IMG/VR virus record: IMGVR_UViG_3300044299_001914
Location: 1-54,742 of that record
Source of the DNA: a virus
Reading direction: 5' to 3' (one strand)
Length of the DNA: 54,742 nucleotides
In this document: piece by piece, positions 42,702 to 51,425 of the stretch
Position numbering within the stretch: the first letter of the stretch is position 1
Layout: the number at the start of each line of letters is the position of its first letter
The notes under the pieces: generated by a model
What the model was told of the DNA's origin: nothing
What the model saw: the letters and a program-made list of their open reading frames with translations, nothing else
Databases searched by the model: none
Translations under genes and position numbers: made by a program

Positions 42702-42997
42702 TAGTCACGCCTTGCGTCTATCTTGCCATCTTCTACAAAATTCTCTGCTCTAGCAATCCTATCAAGATCTGGTGGTATGTTAAGTGCACTAGAAACCACA
42801 GTATCTATTCTAATAATATCGTTGTTCATTATAGAAGCACGGGTAATAAGCATTTTGGTAATGCCTTGCACTGACTGTATATCTGAAACAAGGTTGTTCA
42901 TAAGCTGTCTTATGATTAAAAATATGAAATAGCCCATAATCAAACCACTAGCTATTGGTAGTCCTACCTCGCTTATCAAGCTTATAGCTTGATTCAT
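42701..42997 (-). CDS. Membrane protein, N-terminal TM plus coiled coil (98 aa); holin/antiholin-class candidate
   Basis: GLPIASGLIMGYFIFLII TM helix, aligned by eye with the TM of 42444..42701. 1-nt overlaps on both sides. Confidence 0.4.
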   Translation of the reverse strand: MNQAISLISEVGLPIASGLIMGYFIFLIIRQLMNNLVSDIQSVQGITKMLITRASIMNNDIIRIDTVVSSALNIPPDLDRIARAENFVEDGKIDARRD

Positions 42998-43383
42998 TAT
43001 TTATCTTCGCCTTTGAAACTCTTAGATGCGCCAGATGTACCTGCATAAAGACCAAACCAAGCTGCACCTGCACCAACAATAATTGATATAAGTCCAGATT
43101 GTTCAAATGTAGGGCTCTCTAGTGCCATAAACCACATTGTTGAATAGTAGAGTAAAAATATATAAACGCTTAAAAATGCACGTGGAAATATTCTCCATGC
43201 ATCAACTGCTTGTGCTAAATGAATCCACTTTTGATGTGGATTAACATTGCTTACATCCTCAAGTTCTCTTATTTTATCTTTTAGATCAGAAATTTCTCGC
43301 ATCATATCCATGAACTTGTTAAGGTCCATTTCGACTTCGTTTCTATCCATATCTCCGCTAAATTGTCCTGGATTCATATTCAT
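42997..43383 (-). CDS. Multi-TM small membrane protein, holin candidate (128 aa from the TAATG-coupled start; the ORF opens at 43398)
   Basis: C-terminal half has 2-3 hydrophobic helices (AFLSVYIFLLYYSTMWFMAL, LISIIVGAGAAWFGLYAG) and a charged tail. Confidence 0.45.
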   Translation of the reverse strand: MNMNPGQFSGDMDRNEVEMDLNKFMDMMREISDLKDKIRELEDVSNVNPHQKWIHLAQAVDAWRIFPRAFLSVYIFLLYYSTMWFMALESPTFEQSGLISIIVGAGAAWFGLYAGTSGASKSFKGEDK

Positions 43384-43763
43384 TAGTAATCTCCCCAAAC
43401 TTTGGTTTTTTTGCCACCGTCATAAGCAACTGCATGGCCTTCTTTAATTAATATTTGACAAATATCTTTGCCGTCATCTGTATAAGGTATGCCTAGTATA
43501 CGGCCATATTTACCTTTACCCAATGATTTTACTTTTATATGCCCTGTGCAAAGTTCTTTTAATCGAGCTTTTGCAGCCAAACCTAGTACTTTTTCAGCTT
43601 TATCTCTAGTTCTTGATTCTGGTGTATCAATGCCTGCTAGTCTCACTCTTTGTTTATGAAGCTTTACATCAAACCCAAGATCAAGACAACAATCAAAAGT
43701 GTCTCCATCAACTATTCTTTCTAGAATTGCATTATAAACAAATGCATCAGGTGCTTTAGGCAT
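43383..43763 (-). CDS. Staphylococcal-nuclease-like (SNase/thermonuclease fold) nuclease (126 aa)
   Basis: VERIVDGDTFDC...QRVRLAGIDTPESRT...GKYGRILG matches the SNase Ca-binding and catalytic motifs (DGDT, R-L-x-GID-PE). Confidence 0.75.
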   Translation of the reverse strand: MPKAPDAFVYNAILERIVDGDTFDCCLDLGFDVKLHKQRVRLAGIDTPESRTRDKAEKVLGLAAKARLKELCTGHIKVKSLGKGKYGRILGIPYTDDGKDICQILIKEGHAVAYDGGKKTKVWGDY

Positions 43764-43842
43764 TTTTTACCACGCACTTATGTTTGAAAATATTTTGTAG
43801 CAAGACATCTTGGCCGCATTTCTCACATGTAGCCATAATCAT
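43756..43842 (-). CDS. Possible micro-ORF (28 aa, Cys-rich)
   Basis: Hand translation gives MIMATCEKCGQDVLLQNIFKHKCVVKNA. It fills the gap between genes and overlaps the nuclease start by 8 nt. Confidence 0.25.
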   Translation of the reverse strand: MIMATCEKCGQDVLLQNIFKHKCVVKNA

Positions 43843-43846
43843 GCTT

Positions 43847-44005
43847 TTATTTTTTAGTCTTTTTGACTCTCTTTGTTGTATATGCTTCATTTACATCAGG
43901 TGTAGATTTATCATCTGCAACATAATGGCCTTTTTCATTTCTTGCACGCACTACTGTTTCTTCAGTGCCTGTAACCCAATCTACTAATTTAGTCCACCAC
44001 TTCAT
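43847..44005 (-). CDS. Small basic protein (52 aa; below the ORF-track cutoff)
   Basis: Hand translation gives MKWWTKLVDWVTGTEETVVRARNEKGHYVADDKSTPDVNEAYTTKRVKKTKK. Its start overlaps the end of the upstream gene by 17 nt. Confidence 0.4.
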   Translation of the reverse strand: MKWWTKLVDWVTGTEETVVRARNEKGHYVADDKSTPDVNEAYTTKRVKKTKK

Positions 44006-44240
44006 CTTTTTCTCCTGCAGAAATATCTTCTGCTTTATTTTGCTCTGTGCTTGTTAAAAGAGCGTTTTTATAAACACTTAGAGCTGCGTTTATTTGATCA
44101 AGCTCGCTTTGTACTCTAAATTGTTTGTTTGATAGATCTTGCACTTGATGAACAAAATACCTTTGTTCTTCATTTAAATCTGTAAGTTTTGTATCGACAC
44201 CATCAATTACGACACTTGGTTCTTTGTTCTCTTTTCCCAT
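43989..44240 (-). CDS. Hypothetical coiled-coil protein (83 aa)
   Basis: ORF preceded by GGGGG/AAAGG. Helical composition. Confidence 0.5.
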   Translation of the reverse strand: MGKENKEPSVVIDGVDTKLTDLNEEQRYFVHQVQDLSNKQFRVQSELDQINAALSVYKNALLTSTEQNKAEDISAGEKDEVVD

Positions 44241-44259
44241 AATTCCCCCTTTAATTATT

Positions 44260-44604
44260 TTAACTTAAAACTTTCGTTACTGATGTTGGTGATACCTTTT
44301 CTGCTATACTTGCATCTAATCTAGCTTTCATAGCTGCAACCTCATCAGCACCTAACGCTGTTTCTACCCAGCCTTGTACATCACTAGCTTTAAGACTTGA
44401 CCAATTAATAAAACTTGATAAATCACTAGTATCTAGGTCTTGTGAGCCATAGACAGTTTCAGTTTGTGGGTTGCCATCTGCATCATTATTACTATCATCA
44501 GTGCCAGTAAGTCTCCAATGAACTGTATGCACCACATTAGATTTACCACTCTTTGATGGGTATGTATCACATGTGTTTACATCCCAAGTATAAGATATTG
44601 CCAT
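44260..44604 (-). CDS. Hypothetical protein downstream of the tail fibre (114 aa)
   Basis: ORF 1 nt after the fibre gene stop. No recognised motif. Confidence 0.5.
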   Translation of the reverse strand: MAISYTWDVNTCDTYPSKSGKSNVVHTVHWRLTGTDDSNNDADGNPQTETVYGSQDLDTSDLSSFINWSSLKASDVQGWVETALGADEVAAMKARLDASIAEKVSPTSVTKVLS

Positions 44605-44605
44605 A

Positions 44606-46477
44606 TTATTTCTCCTTTAAACTCGCAATTTCACTTTTAAGTGTTTCTATTTGTTTTTGTTGCTCTTGCATACCTTTTACAAGATGCGTAACAAGTTTAC
44701 TATAATCCATTGAGTAATAACCATCTTCGTCTTGATTAACTGCATTTGGTACAAGTTCTTCAACCTCTTGTGCTATCAATCCTTCATCTGCATGGTTGTC
44801 AGCTTTCCAATTATAAGCAACAGGATTGAGGTTATTGATTACATCTAATCCTCTTGCTGATCCTGTAACATCTTTTAGTCTTGCATCTGAGGATGTGTTA
44901 TAGGTTACTGCATTTGTTGAGCTTTGATTGATTGAGCCAATCTGTGTGCTGTTTCTTCTAAATACATATAATTCAGCACCACCAGAGGTACCATCCATAT
45001 TTTGTTGAATGTTTACACCTGTTGATCCCTTTTGAAAAGAAATACCACCTACACCTTGATTGGTTGTAGTTCCTATAAGAACATGCCCGTTCACATTTAT
45101 GCGCATCCTCTCTGTTGTTGTGTCATTACCAAACCTAATATCATTCCTCGCTGCAATGTATGATGTTCCTGTAGAATCTTTAAGCTGTATCCTTACTTCT
45201 GTGTCTGTACTTTCAAATTTAGTATTTATATCGTTTGTGCCTGAATTTATATGTAGCGTAACATCGGGCGAAGTTTCGTTGATGCCAACTTTTGCAGTTG
45301 AGCTAATATGCATTGCAACTGTACTAGCATCAGCACCTTCTGAAGGCATATCAGTTAATATTTGTATATCACCTTCTCCACCAGATGCACCTGCAATACC
45401 TCTAATAATCCCAAAAACTCCGGGTGTATTATCAGTAGTATCGGCACTATGAAACTGTATTGCTCCTGTTACGTCACCTTGACTTGCTTCACCTGTTCCT
45501 GAAAGTCGCATAACAGCACCACCACCACTTGATGCTCCTGCAATATCAAGAGCTTTTTGTGGACTTGTAGTTCCTATACCAACACCAGTTCCATCAATAC
45601 GCATTTTTTCTGACGCTGTACTTCCAACACCAAATTTAATTACACCTGAACTATTATTTACACCCACATTTAATTCAGTTGTAGAGGTTGTAATAAAAGC
45701 ATCACTTGCAGAGATCATCCCTGCTGTTCCTGCTGAAGAGCCAAATACTCCAAGATTTAATCCTGTATCTGCATCATTTGAAACAACTACATTAGCAACT
45801 TGTGCTGAATTATTACCAACTTTAAAAGTTGCTGCTGTGGCTGCTGAACTTTGTGTTACTGTCACAGCACCACCTACAGCTAAAGTAGAAGCCATATCCA
45901 CAGCTCCGTCAATATCTACTACATCAAGGTTAGTCGTACCGTCTACATCTAAATCGCCATTAAAGTCTCCATTTCCTGTGAGTGTTAGAGCACCACCTAT
46001 ACTTACATCATCGGTAACTGTTAAGTCATCTTCTACTTTAAGATCGACTACATTTAAACTTGCAAAAGCATCAACCATAGCAGCACCTGAGCCTGCACCG
46101 TCCGAGTATATTGCTTTTGTATCTCCTGGAGGTACTGTTACATTAGCGCCAGAGCCCTGCGAAATAATTATGTTTTGGGAGCCAGAAGTGCCATTTTCTA
46201 TAAACCAAAGCTTAGATACGGTATTAGGGCCTATTGTAATGGTGCAAGCTGAGTCCAGTGTGCCTGTATATTTTAAGTAAATAGATCTACCAGGATCAGT
46301 AGAGCCGTCTGCAATAGTGGTGGTGTGAGTATCTGCGTTGGTTGTTATAGCCTCTGTACCAAAGCTAAACGCTTCAGCAATTAGCTCTAAATTAGTGTTG
46401 GTCGAAGTCCCCCAAGTACCTGACTCATCACCTGTTGCTATCTCTTTTAATCTTAAATCATTAACATACGTTGCCAT
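44606..46477 (-). CDS. Tail fibre/spike with a C-terminal peptidase-S74 intramolecular chaperone domain (623 aa)
   Basis: C-terminus SDARLKDVTG...LNPVAYNWK...EGLIAQEVEELVPNAV...YYSMDYSKLV plus a terminal coiled coil is the S74 autoproteolytic chaperone signature. The body is G/S/T/N/V-rich beta repeats. Confidence 0.8.
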   Translation of the reverse strand: MATYVNDLRLKEIATGDESGTWGTSTNTNLELIAEAFSFGTEAITTNADTHTTTIADGSTDPGRSIYLKYTGTLDSACTITIGPNTVSKLWFIENGTSGSQNIIISQGSGANVTVPPGDTKAIYSDGAGSGAAMVDAFASLNVVDLKVEDDLTVTDDVSIGGALTLTGNGDFNGDLDVDGTTNLDVVDIDGAVDMASTLAVGGAVTVTQSSAATAATFKVGNNSAQVANVVVSNDADTGLNLGVFGSSAGTAGMISASDAFITTSTTELNVGVNNSSGVIKFGVGSTASEKMRIDGTGVGIGTTSPQKALDIAGASSGGGAVMRLSGTGEASQGDVTGAIQFHSADTTDNTPGVFGIIRGIAGASGGEGDIQILTDMPSEGADASTVAMHISSTAKVGINETSPDVTLHINSGTNDINTKFESTDTEVRIQLKDSTGTSYIAARNDIRFGNDTTTERMRINVNGHVLIGTTTNQGVGGISFQKGSTGVNIQQNMDGTSGGAELYVFRRNSTQIGSINQSSTNAVTYNTSSDARLKDVTGSARGLDVINNLNPVAYNWKADNHADEGLIAQEVEELVPNAVNQDEDGYYSMDYSKLVTHLVKGMQEQQKQIETLKSEIASLKEK

Positions 46478-46480
46478 ATT

Positions 46481-47308
46481 TTATGCTACCTCTTCCCAAT
46501 CTGGGGTTTGTGTTTCATTAATTTCAGCAAAGGATGAACTTTGGTCATCATCAATATTAGCATAATTTTGACTTTGTGTTTGATTTATTGCACTAAAACT
46601 AGAGGCTTGATCGTCTGATATGTCAGAGAAGTTTCTTGTTTGTTTTTCGTCAACTAATCCCCAAACAAGCACATTGTTCACAAAACCTGTTGCTGAAACT
46701 CCTAATAATGTAACTGTTGATTTTGCAATTGTAGTTACAGAACCAACCTCAGATGTACTTTCTACACCATCTATACTAAATTTAGCATTGTGATGAATTG
46801 TTAAAGATCCAACTGCAGATGTTGTGCTTAAACCTGATATAACAACATTTGCCTCGCCATCTACATCAACTCCAACACTGCCTACAGATCCAACTGCTCC
46901 AGGTGCATTTGCTACGGCATCACCGTTTACTCCGACACCTCCTATAGCTGATGTACCCACTTGCGAGCTTGGTGTAATATTTGCTTTACCCGTTATTGTT
47001 AAGGTTCCAACAGAAACTGTTGCCAGTTGTGTTGTCGGTGACACATTAGCTTTTGCGACAACTGTAGGTGTGCCAAGTGCAGATGTCGATGATTGTCCTG
47101 TAAGGGTAAGATTAGCTTCACCATCAATACTAGGTGATCCTACGGATCCTGTGCCGACTTGTGATGAGGGTGTTATATTAGCTTTAGCTACAACTGAAAC
47201 AGTGCCAAGTGCACTTGTAGCTGCTACACCTGTGAGTGTAACGGGTATGGGTTCACTCCAAGGCCCTTCTCCCCAGGTGCCTCGACCCCAACCAGTTATA
47301 TTAGCCAT
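46481..47308 (-). CDS. Repeat-containing fibre-like protein (275 aa)
   Basis: Internal repeats VVAKANITPSSQVGTGSVG / VVAKANVSPTTQLATVSVG / GKANITPSSQVGTSAIG. C-terminal acidic DDQ(A/S)SSF..INxTQ duplicates. Confidence 0.55.
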   Translation of the reverse strand: MANITGWGRGTWGEGPWSEPIPVTLTGVAATSALGTVSVVAKANITPSSQVGTGSVGSPSIDGEANLTLTGQSSTSALGTPTVVAKANVSPTTQLATVSVGTLTITGKANITPSSQVGTSAIGGVGVNGDAVANAPGAVGSVGSVGVDVDGEANVVISGLSTTSAVGSLTIHHNAKFSIDGVESTSEVGSVTTIAKSTVTLLGVSATGFVNNVLVWGLVDEKQTRNFSDISDDQASSFSAINQTQSQNYANIDDDQSSSFAEINETQTPDWEEVA

Positions 47309-47312
47309 AAGG

Positions 47313-47741
47313 CTAAGCTATTCTGATAATCGCTGTGCTTGCTGCTGCTGCAGGAAATACTATAGTAAAATCGCCTGCTGTAGATGTTTTGTCACCACCA
47401 AAATCTATAGTTGCTACAGATTTATTACTATCTGATGAGTTGTAAATCATACAACCTCTAGCAGTTATAGTTGCAGTTCCAAATGTTAAATCTGCAAAAT
47501 CAGTAAAACCAGTGGTGCCACTAGATGTAGGATCTACTCTAGTTAAATTACTACCGCCAGATGTGTAGTTTGTGCCACTAGCTTGTCCTGTAGTGGTAAA
47601 AGCTGTAGTTGTAGCACCTAAGGTAGCTGAACTTGTATATAAGGCTAATTTAAAGGTATCACCACCAGAGTTTTTAAAATTATGCACAGCTTCAAGAAGT
47701 TCTTTTTTGAAACTTGTGGTTAAAGTAGAGCTTATAGCCAT
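47313..47741 (-). CDS. Structural protein candidate (142 aa)
   Basis: S/T/G/A-rich beta-type ORF in the tail module. Confidence 0.45.
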   Translation of the reverse strand: MAISSTLTTSFKKELLEAVHNFKNSGGDTFKLALYTSSATLGATTTAFTTTGQASGTNYTSGGSNLTRVDPTSSGTTGFTDFADLTFGTATITARGCMIYNSSDSNKSVATIDFGGDKTSTAGDFTIVFPAAAASTAIIRIA

Positions 47742-47742
47742 A

Positions 47743-48042
47743 TTAAATACCTCTAATAATTTTTGCTAATTCTTCCTCTCCACCACCTATTAAATCTTGT
47801 ATTAGAGAGGCTTTATAAGATTTTAACGCATTTTTTATATAAATCAAACACACTTGATATATAGCATCTTTGTAAGCTTTGGCTTGTTCTTTGATATGTG
47901 GCTCCTTGTCTTCAGAGTAACTTACAATTTTTTCTGTAAGTCTTTCAGCCCAAAATTCAGGGGGATGGCCACCAAAATTTGTAGTTTTAGCTTCAATAAT
48001 ACCTAATTCTGGCATCCCAGCAGGTGTGATCTTATCTACCAT
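47743..48042 (-). CDS. Hypothetical protein (99 aa)
   Basis: ORF 1 nt upstream of the next gene. Confidence 0.5.
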   Translation of the reverse strand: MVDKITPAGMPELGIIEAKTTNFGGHPPEFWAERLTEKIVSYSEDKEPHIKEQAKAYKDAIYQVCLIYIKNALKSYKASLIQDLIGGGEEELAKIIRGI

Positions 48043-48767
48043 TTTTTAGGTTCTGGTGGTTTTAAATGACTGTCGTTGCGATCAATTAGCGTTGGTTCTT
48101 GCGATTTTTTAACTATATCTAGATTATCAATGCGTTCTAGCTTTATACCCTTTTCATCTACTAAAATGATATATGGATTTTTAAGTCTATGATAACCATA
48201 AAGTTTCTGTTCTGCTGGTACATCTGTATCTAATAAACTTGATGTATGCGCTACTTCTACTTGCATACCCGCAGAAATACACTTACTCAACCAGAACTCT
48301 ACGCACCCTCGCCCTGCTTCTGCAAAGTGCAAATTACCTTTGTAAGAGAAATCTATACCAAAAAGTTTAAGATTTGCAACTTCATTCCAAAATGCAAAAG
48401 CTATAGCATAGGCTACTGTGTTGTTTAGGTAATGACAATTTGAATACTGGACTACTTCTTCAAGTGGATATTCAACCAATCCAGGGCATCTTTCATCTAA
48501 CTCACATGTATATATAGGACCTTCATGTTCTAAAAGCATTTCTTTCATACTTTCTGTCTGACCACCAGCGTCCTCTGTATCTAAAAATCGTGATGCAGGA
48601 TCCATCATAAATACTCTATCGTGATATATTACCGATGCTACTCCATTTATGGCCCATACTTCATCAAAATGAACCCCATGCGATTTAGCTAAATTATAAT
48701 CAAACCAACTTTTACCCATACCAACGATGGCAACTGTTTTGCCTTTAAGGCTTTCTGTATTACTCAT
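48036..48767 (-). CDS. Rossmann-like protein, possible DUF115/MAF-type glycosyltransferase-like enzyme (243 aa)
   Basis: KGKTVAIVGMGKSW ... EVWAINGV ... DRVFMMDP ... NTVAYAIAFAF..ANLKLFGIDFS resembles the DUF115 (MptE/motility-associated-factor) layout. Recognition is weak. Confidence 0.3.
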   Translation of the reverse strand: MSNTESLKGKTVAIVGMGKSWFDYNLAKSHGVHFDEVWAINGVASVIYHDRVFMMDPASRFLDTEDAGGQTESMKEMLLEHEGPIYTCELDERCPGLVEYPLEEVVQYSNCHYLNNTVAYAIAFAFWNEVANLKLFGIDFSYKGNLHFAEAGRGCVEFWLSKCISAGMQVEVAHTSSLLDTDVPAEQKLYGYHRLKNPYIILVDEKGIKLERIDNLDIVKKSQEPTLIDRNDSHLKPPEPKKW

Positions 48768-48774
48768 TTTTATT

Positions 48775-49449
48775 TTATGAAACCGATGACCTCAAAGAAT
48801 CGTAACGGTATTCATCTCTTCTCCCCCTAGCTTCTGCAAGATTTTTCAACCTTGATATTTCCATCATAAAGCGTTGCTCATATTGTTGTTGCATGTCGCT
48901 TTCCCCTTTTAAAAATATATTTGCCTCTACTAAACACCCATACAATAAAGCGTTTCTAGCATTAGTAGACAGCCATGTGCCCGTAGTATCTGTAACTAAT
49001 GAAGTTGGTTTGAAAAGGTAATGTAACTCAACACTGTAATTGGAATCTGGCACAGGACTTACTATTAATGTAGAGCCATTATTTGTCGCTGTAGAGAGCT
49101 CTTTATCAAAATCAGCATAATACTTGGGTAAATCCCTAAGCGTTGTATCTGTTGGATCTACGATGTATTCACGCATAAAAGATGGATGTTTTTTATCTAA
49201 ATAATGATAATCACCATTGCCATCAATAACTGCGAGTGAAAAACTCATTTGAAAGTCTGACGGTGTTGTTAAATATGTGTTGCCTGCGGTTAGAGAGCCT
49301 GTTACATTTTTTCTAAAAAAGTCAAACTGCACTAATTCAAATATGCGTTCTTCAGCGTTTTTTATAAAGTCATCTAAGCTGTTTACAAAGGTAGTTTCTT
49401 CGTTTTCAACATAGTTTTGTATTAATGTCTTGAGTTCGGCTAATGTCAT
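48775..49449 (-). CDS. Head-tail joining / structural protein candidate (224 aa)
   Basis: ORF in the neck/tail block, with an ATGA overlap to the upstream gene. Confidence 0.4.
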   Translation of the reverse strand: MTLAELKTLIQNYVENEETTFVNSLDDFIKNAEERIFELVQFDFFRKNVTGSLTAGNTYLTTPSDFQMSFSLAVIDGNGDYHYLDKKHPSFMREYIVDPTDTTLRDLPKYYADFDKELSTATNNGSTLIVSPVPDSNYSVELHYLFKPTSLVTDTTGTWLSTNARNALLYGCLVEANIFLKGESDMQQQYEQRFMMEISRLKNLAEARGRRDEYRYDSLRSSVS

Positions 49450-49787
49450 GTGATAACTATTGTAACCTCACCTACACTACCTGTCATCTTGGAAACTGTA
49501 AAGTTTGCAGGTAAAGTTGATGGGTTCATGTAGTCTGGTCTAAAGATATTTGAATTTACAACAACAACAAACCCTTCACCTTCTTCTGCGTCATTATTAG
49601 GACGTGGTTTGTATAAAGCCTCAGGATCCGCAGTAGCAGTGAGTGGCTCTAATTGTGGATGTTTTGGTTCATAACAATGTGGACAAACCTTAGCACCATT
49701 CCATTCTTCTTTTAACTCTAGAAGCTTATATTCAAAACCACATCTATCACATAATGCTTTTGCAAATTTACCTAAAGCGTATGCCAT
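49446..49787 (-). CDS. Zinc-ribbon protein (113 aa)
   Basis: CDRCGFEY...VCPHCYEPKHPQ gives a CxxC-n21-CxxC ribbon. Confidence 0.5.
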   Translation of the reverse strand: MAYALGKFAKALCDRCGFEYKLLELKEEWNGAKVCPHCYEPKHPQLEPLTATADPEALYKPRPNNDAEEGEGFVVVVNSNIFRPDYMNPSTLPANFTVSKMTGSVGEVTIVIT

Positions 49788-50458
49788 TAGTTCATCCTTA
49801 TGTCAGGTCTTACTCTAAATGATGCTCTATCCTCATCTTGATCTGCAGCTCTTCTAAATTCTTCCTCATACATTGCTTTAAGTTGTGGTGTAAGTTGTGG
49901 ATTCTTCTTCATAGACAAGTAGTACGCTAAACCAGCAACAAAACAAGGATAAAACCTAAACGGCATGTCCATAGTATTAGTTGCAGCATCTGCATCATCC
50001 ATTCTTACAAGCTTGTTAAAAACTAAAATATCCGTGCTATTTTCTGGTGCAGGCCATATTTTTAAAGCAGGTGTAGTTAATTTATCAAAAAAGAACTGTG
50101 AGGGTCTTGCTTTTGTTTCTTTATTTGGAATGTTTAGATATTCAGATCTACTAATTCTGTTCATGCTAATATCAGTTTGCTCTTGGTTTACAGTCCTACG
50201 CACCACTACATCTAATACATCAATTACATTAGCATTTAATGAATAACTAGAAGTGCCTTCAGTAACAGTTTGTGTGGCTTGTTCTATAGTCCATTGATTG
50301 AGACCTCTATTAGCCCATTCAGCTAACATAAGATTTACACTTCTAATAGCAGTTTTAAGATCATATCCTGTTCTTAATTCAGCACCACACCTCTCGTAGG
50401 CCTCTTCTATAAACTCTGTTACATTCGGTTCAAAATTTGTGCTGCCAGATAATGCCAT
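49787..50458 (-). CDS. Head-tail adaptor-type structural protein candidate (223 aa)
   Basis: ORF with 1-nt overlaps on both sides, in the neck position. No enzymatic motif. Confidence 0.4.
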   Translation of the reverse strand: MALSGSTNFEPNVTEFIEEAYERCGAELRTGYDLKTAIRSVNLMLAEWANRGLNQWTIEQATQTVTEGTSSYSLNANVIDVLDVVVRRTVNQEQTDISMNRISRSEYLNIPNKETKARPSQFFFDKLTTPALKIWPAPENSTDILVFNKLVRMDDADAATNTMDMPFRFYPCFVAGLAYYLSMKKNPQLTPQLKAMYEEEFRRAADQDEDRASFRVRPDIRMN

Positions 50459-51147
50459 TAATCTTTCCTATCATCTTGATTATATAGATTATCAAATGTT
50501 GTGTATGAATCCATATAACTATCGTGTTTCTCTGCTGAGTGAATCCATTGACTTGGTGAAAAATCGGGCGGCCCGTCACCAACACGCCAAAGAGCTGGAT
50601 TTGTAGCTCTCACTCTATTGTTTGGTAAAGCTACAAAATTACCAGTATATTCACCAGCGTCTGTCAAATATAACACATGTGACTGTTTATGTTGAGCAGA
50701 ATCGTCTGCGATACTATTTTCTGTGTAATCTACAGTAAACATATAGGTGCCTGTATAGAACTCACCCCCTATTTTGCATATCCAGGGAGAAGAGCTAACT
50801 CTATCTAATACTACTACTGAATGATGATGACTCAAACAATCCCAAGGTTGTGCTAAATGATCCTCCATAGGTGTAGGCCATTCATCCACTGGTACATCAG
50901 CTATAAGTGCTTGTATTGGCATCCTTGCCCACATAGCACCACCATGTATATTTTCATCTGGATGATCCTCTAGATCTGTTTCGCAACCAGTGAATACCAC
51001 TTGAAAAGACAAAGATCTGTCTGGAATAGTGTTAACTGCAAAGGCTAAGGCATGCAGATATTCTCCGTGATATTTTTGATGGTTTGCTGTAAATTCTTTA
51101 CGCACCCAACATTTGAACTGTGGTATGTTCGATATTAGATAAGACAA
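50458..51147 (-). CDS. Hypothetical protein (229 aa)
   Basis: His/Trp/Asp-rich ORF. No recognised motif. Confidence 0.5.
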   Translation of the reverse strand: MSYLISNIPQFKCWVRKEFTANHQKYHGEYLHALAFAVNTIPDRSLSFQVVFTGCETDLEDHPDENIHGGAMWARMPIQALIADVPVDEWPTPMEDHLAQPWDCLSHHHSVVVLDRVSSSPWICKIGGEFYTGTYMFTVDYTENSIADDSAQHKQSHVLYLTDAGEYTGNFVALPNNRVRATNPALWRVGDGPPDFSPSQWIHSAEKHDSYMDSYTTFDNLYNQDDRKD

Positions 51148-51168
51148 AATAACCCCCTAGTCTTAGTT

Positions 51169-51423
51169 TTAAACTCTTCCGCCTTTTGACATGTATTTAC
51201 TAGCTTTTCCACCTCTAGCCATGTACTTTGAAGCTTTACCACCTTTAGCCATATATTTAGATGCCTTCCCACCTTTTGCCATATATTTAGATGCTTTTCC
51301 GCCCTTTGCCATATATTTTGAAGCCTTACCGCCTTTTGCCATGTATTTTGAGGCTTTGCCACCTTTAGCCATGTACTTACTGACTTTACCGCCCATAGCG
51401 TATCCTTTTGTTCTTCTATACAT
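51169..51423 (-). CDS. Tandem-repeat basic protein, ~8 x MAKGGKASKY (84 aa)
   Basis: The 10-aa unit repeats with near-identical protein sequence, while the underlying 30-nt DNA units differ at synonymous positions. Confidence 0.6.
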   Translation of the reverse strand: MYRRTKGYAMGGKVSKYMAKGGKASKYMAKGGKASKYMAKGGKASKYMAKGGKASKYMAKGGKASKYMARGGKASKYMSKGGRV

Positions 51424-51425
51424 AA

